Shown here: positions 37,505-49,600 of the stretch, in pieces | Layout: every line of letters begins with the position of its first letter | How positions within the stretch are numbered: position 1 is the first letter of the stretch | Translations under genes and position numbers: made by a program | Source: a virus | Strand: one strand, 5' to 3' | IMG/VR virus record: IMGVR_UViG_3300027779_000011 | Location: 64,001-128,000 of that record | Length of the DNA stretch: 64,000 nt | Notes under the pieces: generated by a model | Databases searched by the model: none | The model's input: only the letters and a program-made list of their open reading frames with translations | Told to the model about the DNA's origin: nothing

Positions 37505-39609
37505 TGCTTCCAATAAAACTAAAACTAGAAAACTTTTTTTCACATAGAAATTGCTCTGTTGATTTTTCAAAATTCGAATCAGCATTATTATTAGGCAACA
37601 CTGAAGGTGACTATACCAAATCTAATGGATCTGGTAAAAGTGCGGTGTTCGAAGGAATATTGTGGTGTCTGTTTAACAAGTCTAGAGCATCGATGATGGA
37701 TGATATAGTCCTATGGGGAGAAACTCACTGTTCTGCTACATTTGATTTTTCAAAGTCTGGGTACTCATACAGGGTAAAGAGATCTAGGAATAAAATAAAC
37801 TCGACATCTTTGGTTGAGTTTTATAAATTAAATGAAAAAGATGAATGGCAGAATATATCTGGCTCGACCTCTGGAGATACTTCTAAGAAAATTCAAGATA
37901 CTATAAAGCTTGATTCTAAGACTTTTACAAATTCAATATACTTTAGGCAAAACGATATATCTGAATTTGCAGAGTCTGAGCCGTCAAAGCGAAAAGAAAT
38001 TTTGAAGTCGATAATAGATATATCCAAATGGGATGAGTATGAAAAAAGCGCTAAAAAAGAAATAAGGAGTATAAGTAGTGAGTGTAAGATTCTGGAGGCA
38101 AAGTCAGAGGGCCTTGCTGAAGATGAAGAGGCCTTATCCTGTCTTGGCGAAGACCTCTTACTCATATCTATGTCTCTGGATGAAAAAAGCAGCAAAGCAG
38201 ATCAGCTTAGAGAGACTATAGAGAATAATAATGTGGAATACTTAGCCATGAAAAAAACTCTAGATACTGATTCTTACGATTCTATAGTCGACAATATTGA
38301 AAAGCTGAAGAGCAATGGAAGGAATGGCAGTGAAAAGTTATCTCTAGCCTTAGATCAGATATCCAAAATAGAGTTAGACTTAGTGGGTGCGAAAAAAACA
38401 CTTAACAGGAAGAGCAATGAGATTATATCTATAGTTATTTCTGATAAAAATCAAAATTATCTTGATGATATTAATAAAGATATTTTGAAATGCAAAACAG
38501 ATATATCTTTATCAAAAGAGATGATTAACAAAATAAACTTAAACGATCTAAATAATGATAATTGTGATTTCTGTGGTCAGGATATATCGAGAGGCCTCCA
38601 CGATAAAATTTTGCACGATAATAGTGTTAAAATAAACAAATATAATGATGCCATAGAGATATCAGAGGGAGAGCTTGTATTGCTAGAATCTGATAAAAAA
38701 GACTGTAAAGAGAATATATTAAAAATACGAAGACTGGGACAGTTGAATAGTGAATTATCTCCAGCAAAAAAAGAAGTAGAGATATTGAGATCTAGAAAAA
38801 ATACTCTTGATAATGACAAGGAATCTTTAGGACTAGTTTTGAGCAATACGAGAGCGGAACTAAGTGTGCTAAAAGATTCCTTGAATATGCTGAAGGATGA
38901 TAATTTTAAAGCCCTAAGGGAAAGGTCGGCTTCGATGAAGCAGCGGTATTCTGATTTGCGTAATATTATAAATCAAGAGCATCAAGAGGTTGGTGCGCTT
39001 AAGCAAAAGATATCTATAACACAGGATATTTTGGAGCAGAAAAGAAAAAGTAGGGAAGACTTGCTTGAGAGAAAGAAACGAATACAGCTATTTGAAAGAC
39101 TGTCAAAGTTTTTTGGAAAAAATGGAATACAGACTATTCTTTTAGACGCAGTAATAGAAGATCTGGAAAAGAGTGCTAATAATATTTTATCATCAATCTG
39201 CAATGAGCCCTCGGCTATAATGTTAGATACACAAAGAGTCGGATCAGACGGAATATCAATAATAGAAACTTTAGATCTGAGGGTCAGGCGGGATAGCGTT
39301 ATACAAAATTTTAAGTCACTCAGCGGAGGTGAGCAGTTTAGGATATCTCTCGCACTAAGAATAGCGCTAAGTGAGATGTCAAGCCTTCATGGTGGCTCAA
39401 GCCTCGAAATGTTGCTTCTTGATGAGATAAACTCCCCATTGGACAAGCATGGAACAGAGACATTATTTTTGAGCGTAATAAAGTCTTTAGAAAAGAAATA
39501 TAAGATTTTAATAATAACTCATGATGACTCTCTAAAAGAAAAGTTTGATAACATATTAAATGTTACAAAAGTTAACGGAGAGAGTATTGTTGAGTTCACA
39601 ACAAGGTAA
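37504..39609 (+). CDS. sbcC: SbcC/Rad50 (gp46-like) ATPase
   Basis: LENFFSH, NGSGKS, YFRQ Q-loop, coiled coil with CDFC zinc hook, LSGGE, LLLDE, ITH. Confidence 0.94.
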   Translation: MLPIKLKLENFFSHRNCSVDFSKFESALLLGNTEGDYTKSNGSGKSAVFEGILWCLFNKSRASMMDDIVLWGETHCSATFDFSKSGYSYRVKRSRNKINSTSLVEFYKLNEKDEWQNISGSTSGDTSKKIQDTIKLDSKTFTNSIYFRQNDISEFAESEPSKRKEILKSIIDISKWDEYEKSAKKEIRSISSECKILEAKSEGLAEDEEALSCLGEDLLLISMSLDEKSSKADQLRETIENNNVEYLAMKKTLDTDSYDSIVDNIEKLKSNGRNGSEKLSLALDQISKIELDLVGAKKTLNRKSNEIISIVISDKNQNYLDDINKDILKCKTDISLSKEMINKINLNDLNNDNCDFCGQDISRGLHDKILHDNSVKINKYNDAIEISEGELVLLESDKKDCKENILKIRRLGQLNSELSPAKKEVEILRSRKNTLDNDKESLGLVLSNTRAELSVLKDSLNMLKDDNFKALRERSASMKQRYSDLRNIINQEHQEVGALKQKISITQDILEQKRKSREDLLERKKRIQLFERLSKFFGKNGIQTILLDAVIEDLEKSANNILSSICNEPSAIMLDTQRVGSDGISIIETLDLRVRRDSVIQNFKSLSGGEQFRISLALRIALSEMSSLHGGSSLEMLLLDEINSPLDKHGTETLFLSVIKSLEKKYKILIITHDDSLKEKFDNILNVTKVNGESIVEFTTR

Positions 39610-39651
39610 TAATTATATATTTATTAAAATGATATATTTTTGGAGTGAAAT

Positions 39652-40566
39652 ATGAGTACATTAGCAATTACATTGATCGAAAGCCCTACGGATCTTGTGT
39701 CTGGAATCCCAGAGTATATAGCATTTAGCACAAGTTCTCCGGCAACTGTTTTTTACACGGTTGATGGCACTGTGCCTACAAGTGGCTCGTTTATGGCGGC
39801 AGGAAACATTTACCTATCATCACACTGGTCAGAACAGTGGGTTTTAAAAAAGAACGACACTATTACGATTAAGGCTTATGCCGTTTCTGGAGATATGGAG
39901 TCTTCGGTTTTAACACAAAAATACAATACTGGGCAGCTGGACTTGGACAGAGTCAGGCTATTTAGCGAGGAGGGGATAAGGGTTCTTCCTCACGGTGGAG
40001 ACGTTGTAGACAACTTATCATACACATCATCCGGTGATAACGCACAGGAGACTGCTATACCGTTTAACGATCTAGATATAAAGGCATCTACAACTGATCA
40101 TAGGGGGATCGCCATATCTGGAACTACTGTTGGTTTCATTAACAAGGTTGGTGGAAAGGCTTCGCCAGATTATAATGATATTTCTCATGTAAACAATAAT
40201 TACAACTTTGATCCAAAGGCGAAGGTTATCGTTATAGACGGAACCACACAGGCAAAAACTGACGAACAAGTAGTTAGAATTATAAATAGGCCTTACAATA
40301 CAATGCATCCCTTGGATAAGGATAAGGATGATTGGTACAACGACCACTTGAAGCAAAATCCAACCATATCTGGAAATCTAGTTAGGCAGGTTTATGACAA
40401 GTCCACTGGATATGTGACGTTTTATTATTACGAAAGCAGAGATTCTAGGTGGATTATCTCAAAACAAAAAGTGGATGGAGATAACTTCTCCATACAGACC
40501 CCATCCGTTCAGACTCCATTTGTTTTTAAATGGATAAACGATAGATCAATGACAAAAATATACTGA
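39652..40566 (+). CDS. Protein with N-terminal chitobiase/FN3-associated Ig-like domain (putative virion protein)
   Basis: IAFSTSSPATVFYTVDGTVPT...TIKAYAV...ES.V...Y pattern. Confidence 0.6.
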   Translation: MSTLAITLIESPTDLVSGIPEYIAFSTSSPATVFYTVDGTVPTSGSFMAAGNIYLSSHWSEQWVLKKNDTITIKAYAVSGDMESSVLTQKYNTGQLDLDRVRLFSEEGIRVLPHGGDVVDNLSYTSSGDNAQETAIPFNDLDIKASTTDHRGIAISGTTVGFINKVGGKASPDYNDISHVNNNYNFDPKAKVIVIDGTTQAKTDEQVVRIINRPYNTMHPLDKDKDDWYNDHLKQNPTISGNLVRQVYDKSTGYVTFYYYESRDSRWIISKQKVDGDNFSIQTPSVQTPFVFKWINDRSMTKIY

Positions 40567-40575
40567 GGTTAAAAT

Positions 40576-41334
40576 ATGATAAAATTATCGGTGTCTTCAA
40601 TTGGAACTTATGAGAAGTGTCCAAAAAACTATCACTATAGATATATAGAAAAACCGGAGATAGAGAGTTCAACTTGGGGCTTTCTAGAGTTTGGTTCTTG
40701 CGCCCATGCTGTTTTAGAAAACTTCCATAATTATATAATGGAAAACGGTTCGAGCGATGGGTATGGAAGCATAATGAAGAGATCTTTTGAGTCTGCTATA
40801 AAAGATTTTGATATAAATATCTTAAGGGAGCCGGTTTGGACGCCAGAGGGGGAAAAGCATGGTGTAAAGTATCTTAAGGAAATTATGAAAGATTACCTAT
40901 CTATGATGATAGAAAATGGCCACCCAGATGTTGTGGGGGTTGAGACATCTTTTGATAGGGAGATTGACGGATATAGAATAAGGGGCTTCATAGATAGGAT
41001 AGATAAGGTTGGAGATGGACACTATAGGGTTGTCGACTATAAGACATCAAAAAGTCCAAAGTATCTGACACCCTTTCAGCTTTGTGTTTATGCCTTAGTT
41101 ATAAAGGATATGTTTGACGATGCCAAGCTTATATCCGGTTCCTATTCTTTGTTAAAGCATAATTTTAAAACTATTGATTGGGACTTTTCAGAAGACGATA
41201 TGCAGAGAGCTAGAGAGAAGATAACTACGGTTGGCGGATATATAGAGAGTGAGGAAAGATGGGTTAAGAAGCCATCCACTCTATGTAATTGGTGTGATTA
41301 TAAGAGTATTTGCCAACCAGATTCATGGATATAG
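40576..41334 (+). CDS. PD-(D/E)XK RecB/AddB/Cas4-like nuclease with putative 4Fe-4S staple
   Basis: LSVSSI..YEKCP, G...H, VE, GFIDRID, VDYKT, QL..Y, CNWCDYKSIC. Confidence 0.9.
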   Translation: MIKLSVSSIGTYEKCPKNYHYRYIEKPEIESSTWGFLEFGSCAHAVLENFHNYIMENGSSDGYGSIMKRSFESAIKDFDINILREPVWTPEGEKHGVKYLKEIMKDYLSMMIENGHPDVVGVETSFDREIDGYRIRGFIDRIDKVGDGHYRVVDYKTSKSPKYLTPFQLCVYALVIKDMFDDAKLISGSYSLLKHNFKTIDWDFSEDDMQRAREKITTVGGYIESEERWVKKPSTLCNWCDYKSICQPDSWI

Positions 41335-41345
41335 GAGGTTTGTTT

Positions 41346-42137
41346 ATGGATAAAGAATTCGCAGGGAGCGTGGACGTGTATGATGAGAACTTTTATGTTG
41401 ATACAAGGACCGGAGAGGGCCTGGATTTGGTTCTTGATAAGATAGATCCGCTATTATGCAAGATGGCCTCTAGGACATATATTCCTGGATATTTTTTCGA
41501 TGATATAAAGCAAGAGCTTGTCGAAATTGCAATAAATGGCATAAGATCATACAATCCTGATAAAAAGGTGAAGCTTAGTACTTTTTTGCACATTCATCTT
41601 AGGAACAAGATTATATCAAAGATTAGATCAAAGAATAAAATGTCAAAGGATGCGTTTGGCCTGGGTGATTTAAGTGCGTACACGTGTAAATGCGGAACTA
41701 GCGAAACGCCCATCGAAGATTCTGTTCTGACAGAAAGTGGCTCATATGAGGTTAAGGTTTCATGCGCCAGTTGCGGGTCTACTTTGTCTAAGAAGACGAG
41801 GAGGATAAGGGAGGAAATTCTCTTTACTCAGATCAGAACGAATAACTCTGAAAAAAATGATGCAATAAACTTTGAAGATATGATTTCAGATGATGACGCT
41901 ATGTATAACTCCGGAGCCTCTCTTTATAGGCATGTTGACTTCATAGACTCCCTTGACAAGTTGTCAGAATCTATAGATGAGAAAACGGCAAAGATAGTTA
42001 GATTAATATGCCTTGAAGATTATTCAATAAAGGATGCTGCTAGCGAAGTTGGTTTATCTGGATGGGCAGCAAGCATGAGGTTAAAAAACTTATCAAAAAA
42101 CAAAGTAATAAAGGACATGTTCGATAAGAAAGAATAA
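41346..42137 (+). CDS. Sigma-70-like RNA polymerase sigma factor with Zn-ribbon insertion
   Basis: Region 2 DDIKQE...GIRSYNPDKKVKLSTF...LRN; CKC...CASC insert; region 4 YSIKDAASEVGLS; AGGAGG RBS. Confidence 0.8.
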   Translation: MDKEFAGSVDVYDENFYVDTRTGEGLDLVLDKIDPLLCKMASRTYIPGYFFDDIKQELVEIAINGIRSYNPDKKVKLSTFLHIHLRNKIISKIRSKNKMSKDAFGLGDLSAYTCKCGTSETPIEDSVLTESGSYEVKVSCASCGSTLSKKTRRIREEILFTQIRTNNSEKNDAINFEDMISDDDAMYNSGASLYRHVDFIDSLDKLSESIDEKTAKIVRLICLEDYSIKDAASEVGLSGWAASMRLKNLSKNKVIKDMFDKKE

Positions 42138-42144
42138 TAATAAT

Positions 42145-43581
42145 ATGATATCAAAATCTATTGAAAAATATATAGACGAAGAAATAGAGATATCAAGATA
42201 TAAAATATCTTCTCTAAGCAGGGTTTCGAACCTAAAGCCATCTCAAAAAAGAATTTTAGAAATAGAGGAAGAGCTTTGTTCGACACCGTTTAAGAGTCTC
42301 GGCTTTTCATCTACATCGGAAGCCGCAACTGCATTTAGAATTTTCAGAGAGTCTAGAGCGATGTTCTATGATATGTATCTTAATGAGAGTCGGGGCCCCA
42401 CTCTTTCTGTGGGTAGTGCGAAAGAGCTTTGTCAATGTATAGATAGGAAGCTTCATTTTTTAAACTCAAAGGCAAAAGAGCTCTCCTCTTTTAGGCCTCA
42501 AGAGGTCAACCTAGTACAAGATAAAGATAGCAGGGATCTGTTTTTTAGGCATCTGGCAGATAAAAACAGCTCTCCCATTGGGTTGGAGGTTGACAAGTTT
42601 CGTAATAAGAAAGTAAAAGATTATGAAGCATATGAGCCATCTGTTATTTCTAAGTTTAGAGCAAGAAAGCAGGCGTGCATAATGTCTGCAGGAAGACATA
42701 TGCACGACGAGTGCCAAAGATTATCTAGTGAATACAGGCATGAGCTGTTGTCAAAAAATATCTCTAAAGAGAGGCTGACCACAATAGAGGGCTCTATTGA
42801 TAGTGTATTTTTTAATTTAAATGATAATATTTATAAAAATTATAATTACGCTATAGACAGCATGCATGGATTGATTGAAAAAACAATGGGTTCTAACAAG
42901 AGTTTCCGCAAAATTAGAAGATTGAAAAACTGCTTAGAGAGCAGTGATGGTATTCCAAATACGATAAACTCTTCAAATGGTAAAACCTCATTTAGGATAG
43001 AAAATATTTTTTGTGGAAGTAAAGAGCCAATAAAGCATTCTTTCTTAAAAGATAAAAATAAAAATATATCAACAAAGGCTTATGGCATTCTGTTTCCAAT
43101 AAAAAGAATTGGTAATGAGAAAATGACTCCATTGTATATAGATATTTGGACAGATTCTGATGTGTGCATGAATAATATAATTTGTAATAAATTATCAAAT
43201 GTGAAAGCAACAGACCCCGTGTCCAGTGATGATATTTATTATAAGTGTATTTTTCTACTACCTATGTGGAAAGTTTTAGAAGCTTCTTTCCTGGATGATG
43301 GCATAAAGATGTTTTTATCTAAAATTTATAATTTAGATATTGAAAAATTTAATGATATAGACTTTAATGATAAAAAAAATATATCGAAAGAATTATCATT
43401 CTCTGAAGGTTTTGCGAATATAAACGATAGCAAGAGCTCTATATTAGTTCCGAGCACGAGATCTGAGGAATTCTTTTTTTCCACAAATCGTGAAAAGATA
43501 CAAAACCACATAATTAATGTGTCTGGGTATAATGAATATGTTGAAAATTATACTATTAATAATCGCGCAGTTAATGTATAA
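42145..43581 (+). CDS. Hypothetical protein
   Basis: 478-aa ORF, no recognisable motif. Confidence 0.7.
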   Translation: MISKSIEKYIDEEIEISRYKISSLSRVSNLKPSQKRILEIEEELCSTPFKSLGFSSTSEAATAFRIFRESRAMFYDMYLNESRGPTLSVGSAKELCQCIDRKLHFLNSKAKELSSFRPQEVNLVQDKDSRDLFFRHLADKNSSPIGLEVDKFRNKKVKDYEAYEPSVISKFRARKQACIMSAGRHMHDECQRLSSEYRHELLSKNISKERLTTIEGSIDSVFFNLNDNIYKNYNYAIDSMHGLIEKTMGSNKSFRKIRRLKNCLESSDGIPNTINSSNGKTSFRIENIFCGSKEPIKHSFLKDKNKNISTKAYGILFPIKRIGNEKMTPLYIDIWTDSDVCMNNIICNKLSNVKATDPVSSDDIYYKCIFLLPMWKVLEASFLDDGIKMFLSKIYNLDIEKFNDIDFNDKKNISKELSFSEGFANINDSKSSILVPSTRSEEFFFSTNREKIQNHIINVSGYNEYVENYTINNRAVNV

Positions 43582-43625
43582 ATCTTCACATTAGTACTTG
43601 TCATAACAAACCTGGGTTTTATTAA

Positions 43626-46600
43626 ATGAAAAAAGAAAAAAGATTAACTTTATTAAGAAAGTATTTTAAAAAGTCTGCAACGGATAAGTCATCTGATGAG
43701 CCTAGGGTTTCCCCTGTTATAGTCAGGCTAATTACAGATCTGCTAGAGCTTCATGAAGAGGGCGCTCTTTCGGAGATTAGCGATGAGGTCTCAGGGTCAG
43801 TTATTGAAAACCTATTGGGGGCATACGAAAGGCTTAGCGCCGGAAGAGATGATTCTGAGGGGTTGCTTGTAGAAGATTACGACGTGCTTGATACAAGTGG
43901 AGACCGGATTAGTGACGACAGGTATGTGCCGGAAGATGAAGATGACTGGCTTGCGGAGGAGCATGAGCCTGGGGCTACGGTACAGACTACCATGCAGGAG
44001 GACTATGAAAACGTTCTGTCGGACTATGATGAAGTCATCTATACGATAATAGAACAATCATTTGGCGAGGGAGATATAGAGACTGGCATTGAAAATATGA
44101 TATCAGAGGATAAAGACTTTGTCTCATCCTATGTATCAAGTGCTTTCTCAACCCTAAGCAGGGCTCTCGATAGTCTGGATAAACATTTTCCAACGGATTC
44201 GTTTTCAGGTAGCAGTGATAAGGAGCTGGCCAGCAGAATAAAGTACATAGAAACGTACAGGGAAGAGGTAAGGGGTATGTACAAAAACCTTAGTGGCCTT
44301 TCCGGACTTGGCAAAACCATAGAGAATGCGAATGACGCTATATCAATCCTGAGAGGCTATAGAGAGGGCCGAAGCGGTGGGACAGTTGAGGAGCCCGCTG
44401 GTGATCCTGGTGGCGAAACAATGATATTTGGACCAGACCGGCAGCCGGGGAAGCCCGGTCGGAGAAAGATTCGCCCCCTCGACGACCCTGCGGGGAAGGC
44501 CTCCAGGCGTAATAAGAAGTATTTGTTAACAGAGGAAGTTGCGCCATCCCGTGTTATGAATGATCATTCTAATATCGATCAAGAAGACTTAACGACTGAT
44601 TGGTCAGTTGTTTCCAGCCAGCTATCTTCATTTTCTGAAGGATTTTTTACAGATGTTGATTCCGATATTTTAAATGGCGTAGAAGATAGGATGACCATAG
44701 AGCAGAAAGAGCTGCTTATTAGAGATAATTTTGAAAAGTTTGCTACAAATCTTTCTAGTGAGATAACTTTAATAAGGAATAGGCTGATAGATACTTCAAT
44801 TGGGTTTGGTGGACGCATATCTAATGAGGCTAACATCAGCAAGGCAATATCTAGCTTGAATAACCTATATGCATCCTTATGGGTTTGGGATCAGATAAAT
44901 AAGATAAGAATAAAGAGTATGGACATAGGGTATGTAAATACGATCAAGATATCTGGAACATACAGTATCATCAGGCACCTTAAGTCTGTCGGAAGATCCA
45001 CGCTAAGGAATTTCGTGGAGAGCGCAATTATATGCTCAAGAACAAAGCTTATGTTTAGGAAGGTTAGGAATGACGAGGGAGCTTATGACGAAGACTTAAC
45101 CGCTAGGTTTATGCAAGAGGTTGTAAATCAAATTATAAATAAGATGTCTGCCGCCATTAAAGATGGGAGTAATAAAGAAAATATAATTAAGTATATAGGT
45201 ACGATTCCGATAAACCAAACCTTGTTGCGAATAAATGCCAAAAATATTATAGATGTAGAATCCGGGGTTGTCGCATCAAAGACTGTTGTTAATAACAAGT
45301 ATACAAAGTGCCCTGTGTGTAGCAAACAAATACTTTGGGGATTAAATGGTGGTGGTTCAGATAAGGAGAAAATCGATAGGTTTAAGGAAAAAAATCTTGG
45401 TAATTTTAAGTATGTTCAATATTCCTTTTATAGGGCCGATGGATCTCTAATAGATATAAATGACTTAATCGAACCTTCAAGCACCTTAATTAGTGACGCC
45501 GATGCAGACGCCGATGCCGATCACGGATGGAAGTCTAAGGAGTATTCCGGAACAAAAACGTGGATAGAGATAAGCAATATGATCTACTCTGGAGACAAGA
45601 GTGACCACGCAGAGGGCCTGAGAAGAAGGTCCGAAGTGCTTGCTTACTTTGGCGGAGAGCCGCTGAATAATGGAGAGGAGGTAAGAATAAGGGACTCTAG
45701 GTTTGGCTGCCCATATGATTCTGAGAATGACCACTGTGGACTTGCGGTTTCTGAAGACGGAGATGAGTTTATGTTCGGATGGAATGGATCCGGCAGGACA
45801 GTTATTTCTGGTGATAAAAGCAAAGGGCCTACTAGACTTGATTTTTATGGCAAGAGAGATGGAGATAATTATTATACAAACTCAATAACCGAAGGCAATG
45901 AGCAGAACGCGAACCATATGGCTAAAAAATATGGAAATGGTGGATATAAGTTTTCAAAGCATTGCTTCTCATGCCCATGCAGAATTACTCAAGACGTTGC
46001 AAAAGATGATGGCAAATTTTTATATAAATATAATTATATGGCGATACCGTACTTTGGAGTGCACTCTGCAGATAATATATCTAATTATGAATTATGGAAA
46101 GAGAAGTCTCCAATAGGGCTTCCGACAGCCCCCGATGGTAGTGTTGATGATACAATTGGTGATAATACGGTTGGGTATGTTATTTGCGGTGCATCAACAT
46201 CTCTGTCATCTTTCTCCAGAAGTGGACAGCTCTCTATCAGCTCTCTTTTTCAGTCGATATATGAAGCAGAGGGGTCTGGAGACAAACCAAGGGGAACTGC
46301 GAAGAGGCTTTCTGAATGGCTAATATCAAATGGCGTTGACCCATTTGATATATATGAGTTTGTACATACTGGAAAATACCACTCTGTGGATTTAGAGATT
46401 CCTCCAGGGGAAGGGGAGGCATCGGACCCGATTCCTGCCGCATCTTTGCCAGAGGGTTTTTTCTCATCACCGGCTGACCGAGGATATACAGATCTTTATA
46501 TGAGTGAGCAAGACCCTAAGCCGCCCGCCTTGGATGAGAAGGGAACTGTGGTACGAAGAAGGGGCGGTGTCGACAACAAGGAAAGTGCGCTTATACGCAG

Positions 46601-49600
46601 AAGTAGGAGAAGAAAAAACAATCTTAAAATTATAAACATTACATCTTCTTTGGATATAAATAAGTCAAAGAGGTTGCACAAAATATCGGAGCTTTTGTCT
46701 ACAGCTATGGCCAAGTCGATTGACTCTGATATATATGACATCATCGGAGGCTTATCCCTATCATGTCCTAATGGACATAAGTTTTCCATATCTCAGAGTA
46801 TTAACTTTGCGAATAATAATATGGCAAGAAAGATAAGGGGGATGACGAGGATAGGTGAATATAGTTCTGAACATAATGCTCTAATGGCAAATGGATCATT
46901 TGAAAATTATAAAAAATTAGGAATTATAAAGGAGGTTTCTGATTTCGATAACCATCAGCAATATGATAAATGGACGGTATCATCATCGTCAAAAAGAGAC
47001 CCGTCAAGGCTATCGTTCCTTGGGCCGGATGGTAGGTATTATAAAATAAGTGAAGTGTGGAACCCTGGAAAGGGTGGCTTTTTGGCTACAGCCTGGAACA
47101 CTAGATCTACCGCAAGGGCTCCTTACTCATTTACTGATCCGATAGTTGAATTTAGAATGAACTATGAGCTATCAGACAAAGAGTATGTTAAATCAAAGTC
47201 AACCACAAAGGGAGAGGATGATTCTGGAGAGTCCTCGGCTTTAGAAGGGGAGATGGTAAGATCAGTTGAGGAATCTGTTGGTGGAGAGGAAACAAACGTC
47301 ACCGATGATGCAAGGACAATAGACGAGCAACTTTCAGAGGGCTATCATCTGGTTCAGCCAATACCTCATCCAAGCAGGCTTTCTGCGAACGCAGATACCG
47401 TTAGGATCCAGGTAAAGCAGCTCTCTATATCTGTTGAGTCTATTTTAAATGTAATAGCCCAATGGAGGGATAACGCAGTCGACTCTTCGTTTAACATGGC
47501 TTTTGCATATCCAGAAAACATTTGTTGCACTGAGGATGACTACCGGACTATAAAGACGAGCATTCCGGAGATAATAGACATTGCTGTTGGGCCAGAAGAC
47601 CTGGAGAAAACCTCCCTACAGGTATTTGAAGATCTGAAATCAAACTTGTTTGATTCATATCTAGATGGTGTTGATTTGAACAGAATTCATTTAATGATTC
47701 CAAATTATACATATGAGTATGTATCAAATATGATATATGAAAATATATCGAGTTCGTTAAAATCTGTAATTGGGTTAGAATATAATGATGAAATCAGACT
47801 AGATACAAAGTCCGAAGCCTTTTCTGACATAGTCAACATACTCTTTCCGTTAAAAAGATTTAGCCCGGTGTCTCAAAAGGCAAGTTACGGCAAGGAGTTA
47901 GTGAGGAAGGAGTTTATAGGGAAGTTATACATGGTTGCTTCTGCAATATATTTATCCAGAGCTATGGAGAAATACGCAAATAATTACCATAATCCGGCGT
48001 CATCAAATTATGTTGGATATAGATTGCCATTAGACTTAGACGCAAACTCTGCTTTTAATGTGTCAAAAGAGCAGATATCTGGATTTCCGTCAGAAGTCAT
48101 AAGGGATCTGGAACGCGGAACAGATCAGCTCCTAGACGCAAATGGAGGCATTGTCGGGGAAATACAATATGATGTGGATGAGTCTGGGGCTATTTTGAAT
48201 GAGGATGAAATATTAAGAAAGATTAAATCTGCATATCACTTCTCAATAAAAGAAGATTTGGAAAATATAGATAGCATAGTCTTCTCCAGGGATGTTTTAG
48301 ACGCCGCTAGGGAGTATATATCAAACATGGCGATCGACAAGATCATAGAACCCATATCTAATACGGACAGTGTTTTGCAATATATGGATGAAAACGGCTA
48401 TGTTAAAATAGATGATGGAAGTTATTCATATGAAGACAGGATTAGGGCAATATCAGGCATACTAGATCAGGCTAGGGCGATTGAGGATAAGGGGGTTAGG
48501 TCTCATAAAGCGGGAGCTAAGAACAAACAGCTTATGTCATTTTTGACAGAACATGGTATAGACCCGGTTTTCTATAGGAATAAAACAATCTTTGATGCAA
48601 TGACCTCTTCCTCTCAGGTTGCAACAGTAAGCTTTAGGCCATACATGGATGAGTGGGAGGGACCTAGCGGTCAGGATTATGTTCAGCCATATAAGCCTCA
48701 AATTCCATCTTCTTTAAAAATTATGTTTGCGTACCCAACAAAAGAAACTGTTGCCGCCCAGAAGGACTTTTTTAACAAAGATACGATGACTATTAGGGCC
48801 TTCATGAGATATCCGATAATATCTCTGCCATCACACAACAGTGGGTTTTTAGTATCGCAGAAACGAGGAACTGAGGTTGGCCATTTTGTTGTGTCAAGGC
48901 TAAGGCCGCTGGGCTCTAGGACGGCAAAGATAGAGGGCCAAGAGCTTCAGGATTTTATATCTTCAAAAAGGTTGTACGAAGTTGATGCATATACAGAAAT
49001 GCTGGATAATATGGGCTTTAATATATGGTTTGTCTCTCAACTAGAATACCCCGCGAAAGGGGTTTCTTCCAAAACATATTCACCATTATTTGGGCATCTT
49101 GATAGCGAGGGGAGCCCCAAAAAAGATCTCAAGGCAAACATTTCAAGCATCTTGGATCATCCAGCAACAGAGGCTGGGGTGGATGAAAATGGAAATGATT
49201 TTTACATAAATTCATTATTCAATTATGATAGCAGGTTGTGGCAAATTGGAAGGGTTGGGAAATCTAGTGCCACTGGCGCTGTATTTTCGTATCCAATATC
49301 TGAAGAAAATCTTATGAGGTATGATAGTCCAATCGGAGTGATCCTTCCTTTTGATCTATCACCATCGTCATCAAACATGGGTACGAACCAGGAAAGGAAT
49401 CTGGCCAAAGTGTTTAGGAATGCGCTTCCTATAGCAGATATAAACTTTATTGTCGAGATTGACAATATGCCAATAGATATAGGGTTTCTTGTCCAAAAAA
49501 CGAAGGGGGCGTTTCTGAAAGGCCTTTCTGATATAGATAAAAGTTATAATTCATATAGGGCAGGGGTCAATAAAATAAAGTCTAATAGCTCTACTAGTGC

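Noticed and set aside
40576-41334. Cas4 of a CRISPR-Cas system; also its MIKLS start as a copy of the shared tag
   Set aside because: No array or other cas genes are present, and solo nucleases of this type are common in phages. LSxS before the first Cys is the family's normal N-terminus.
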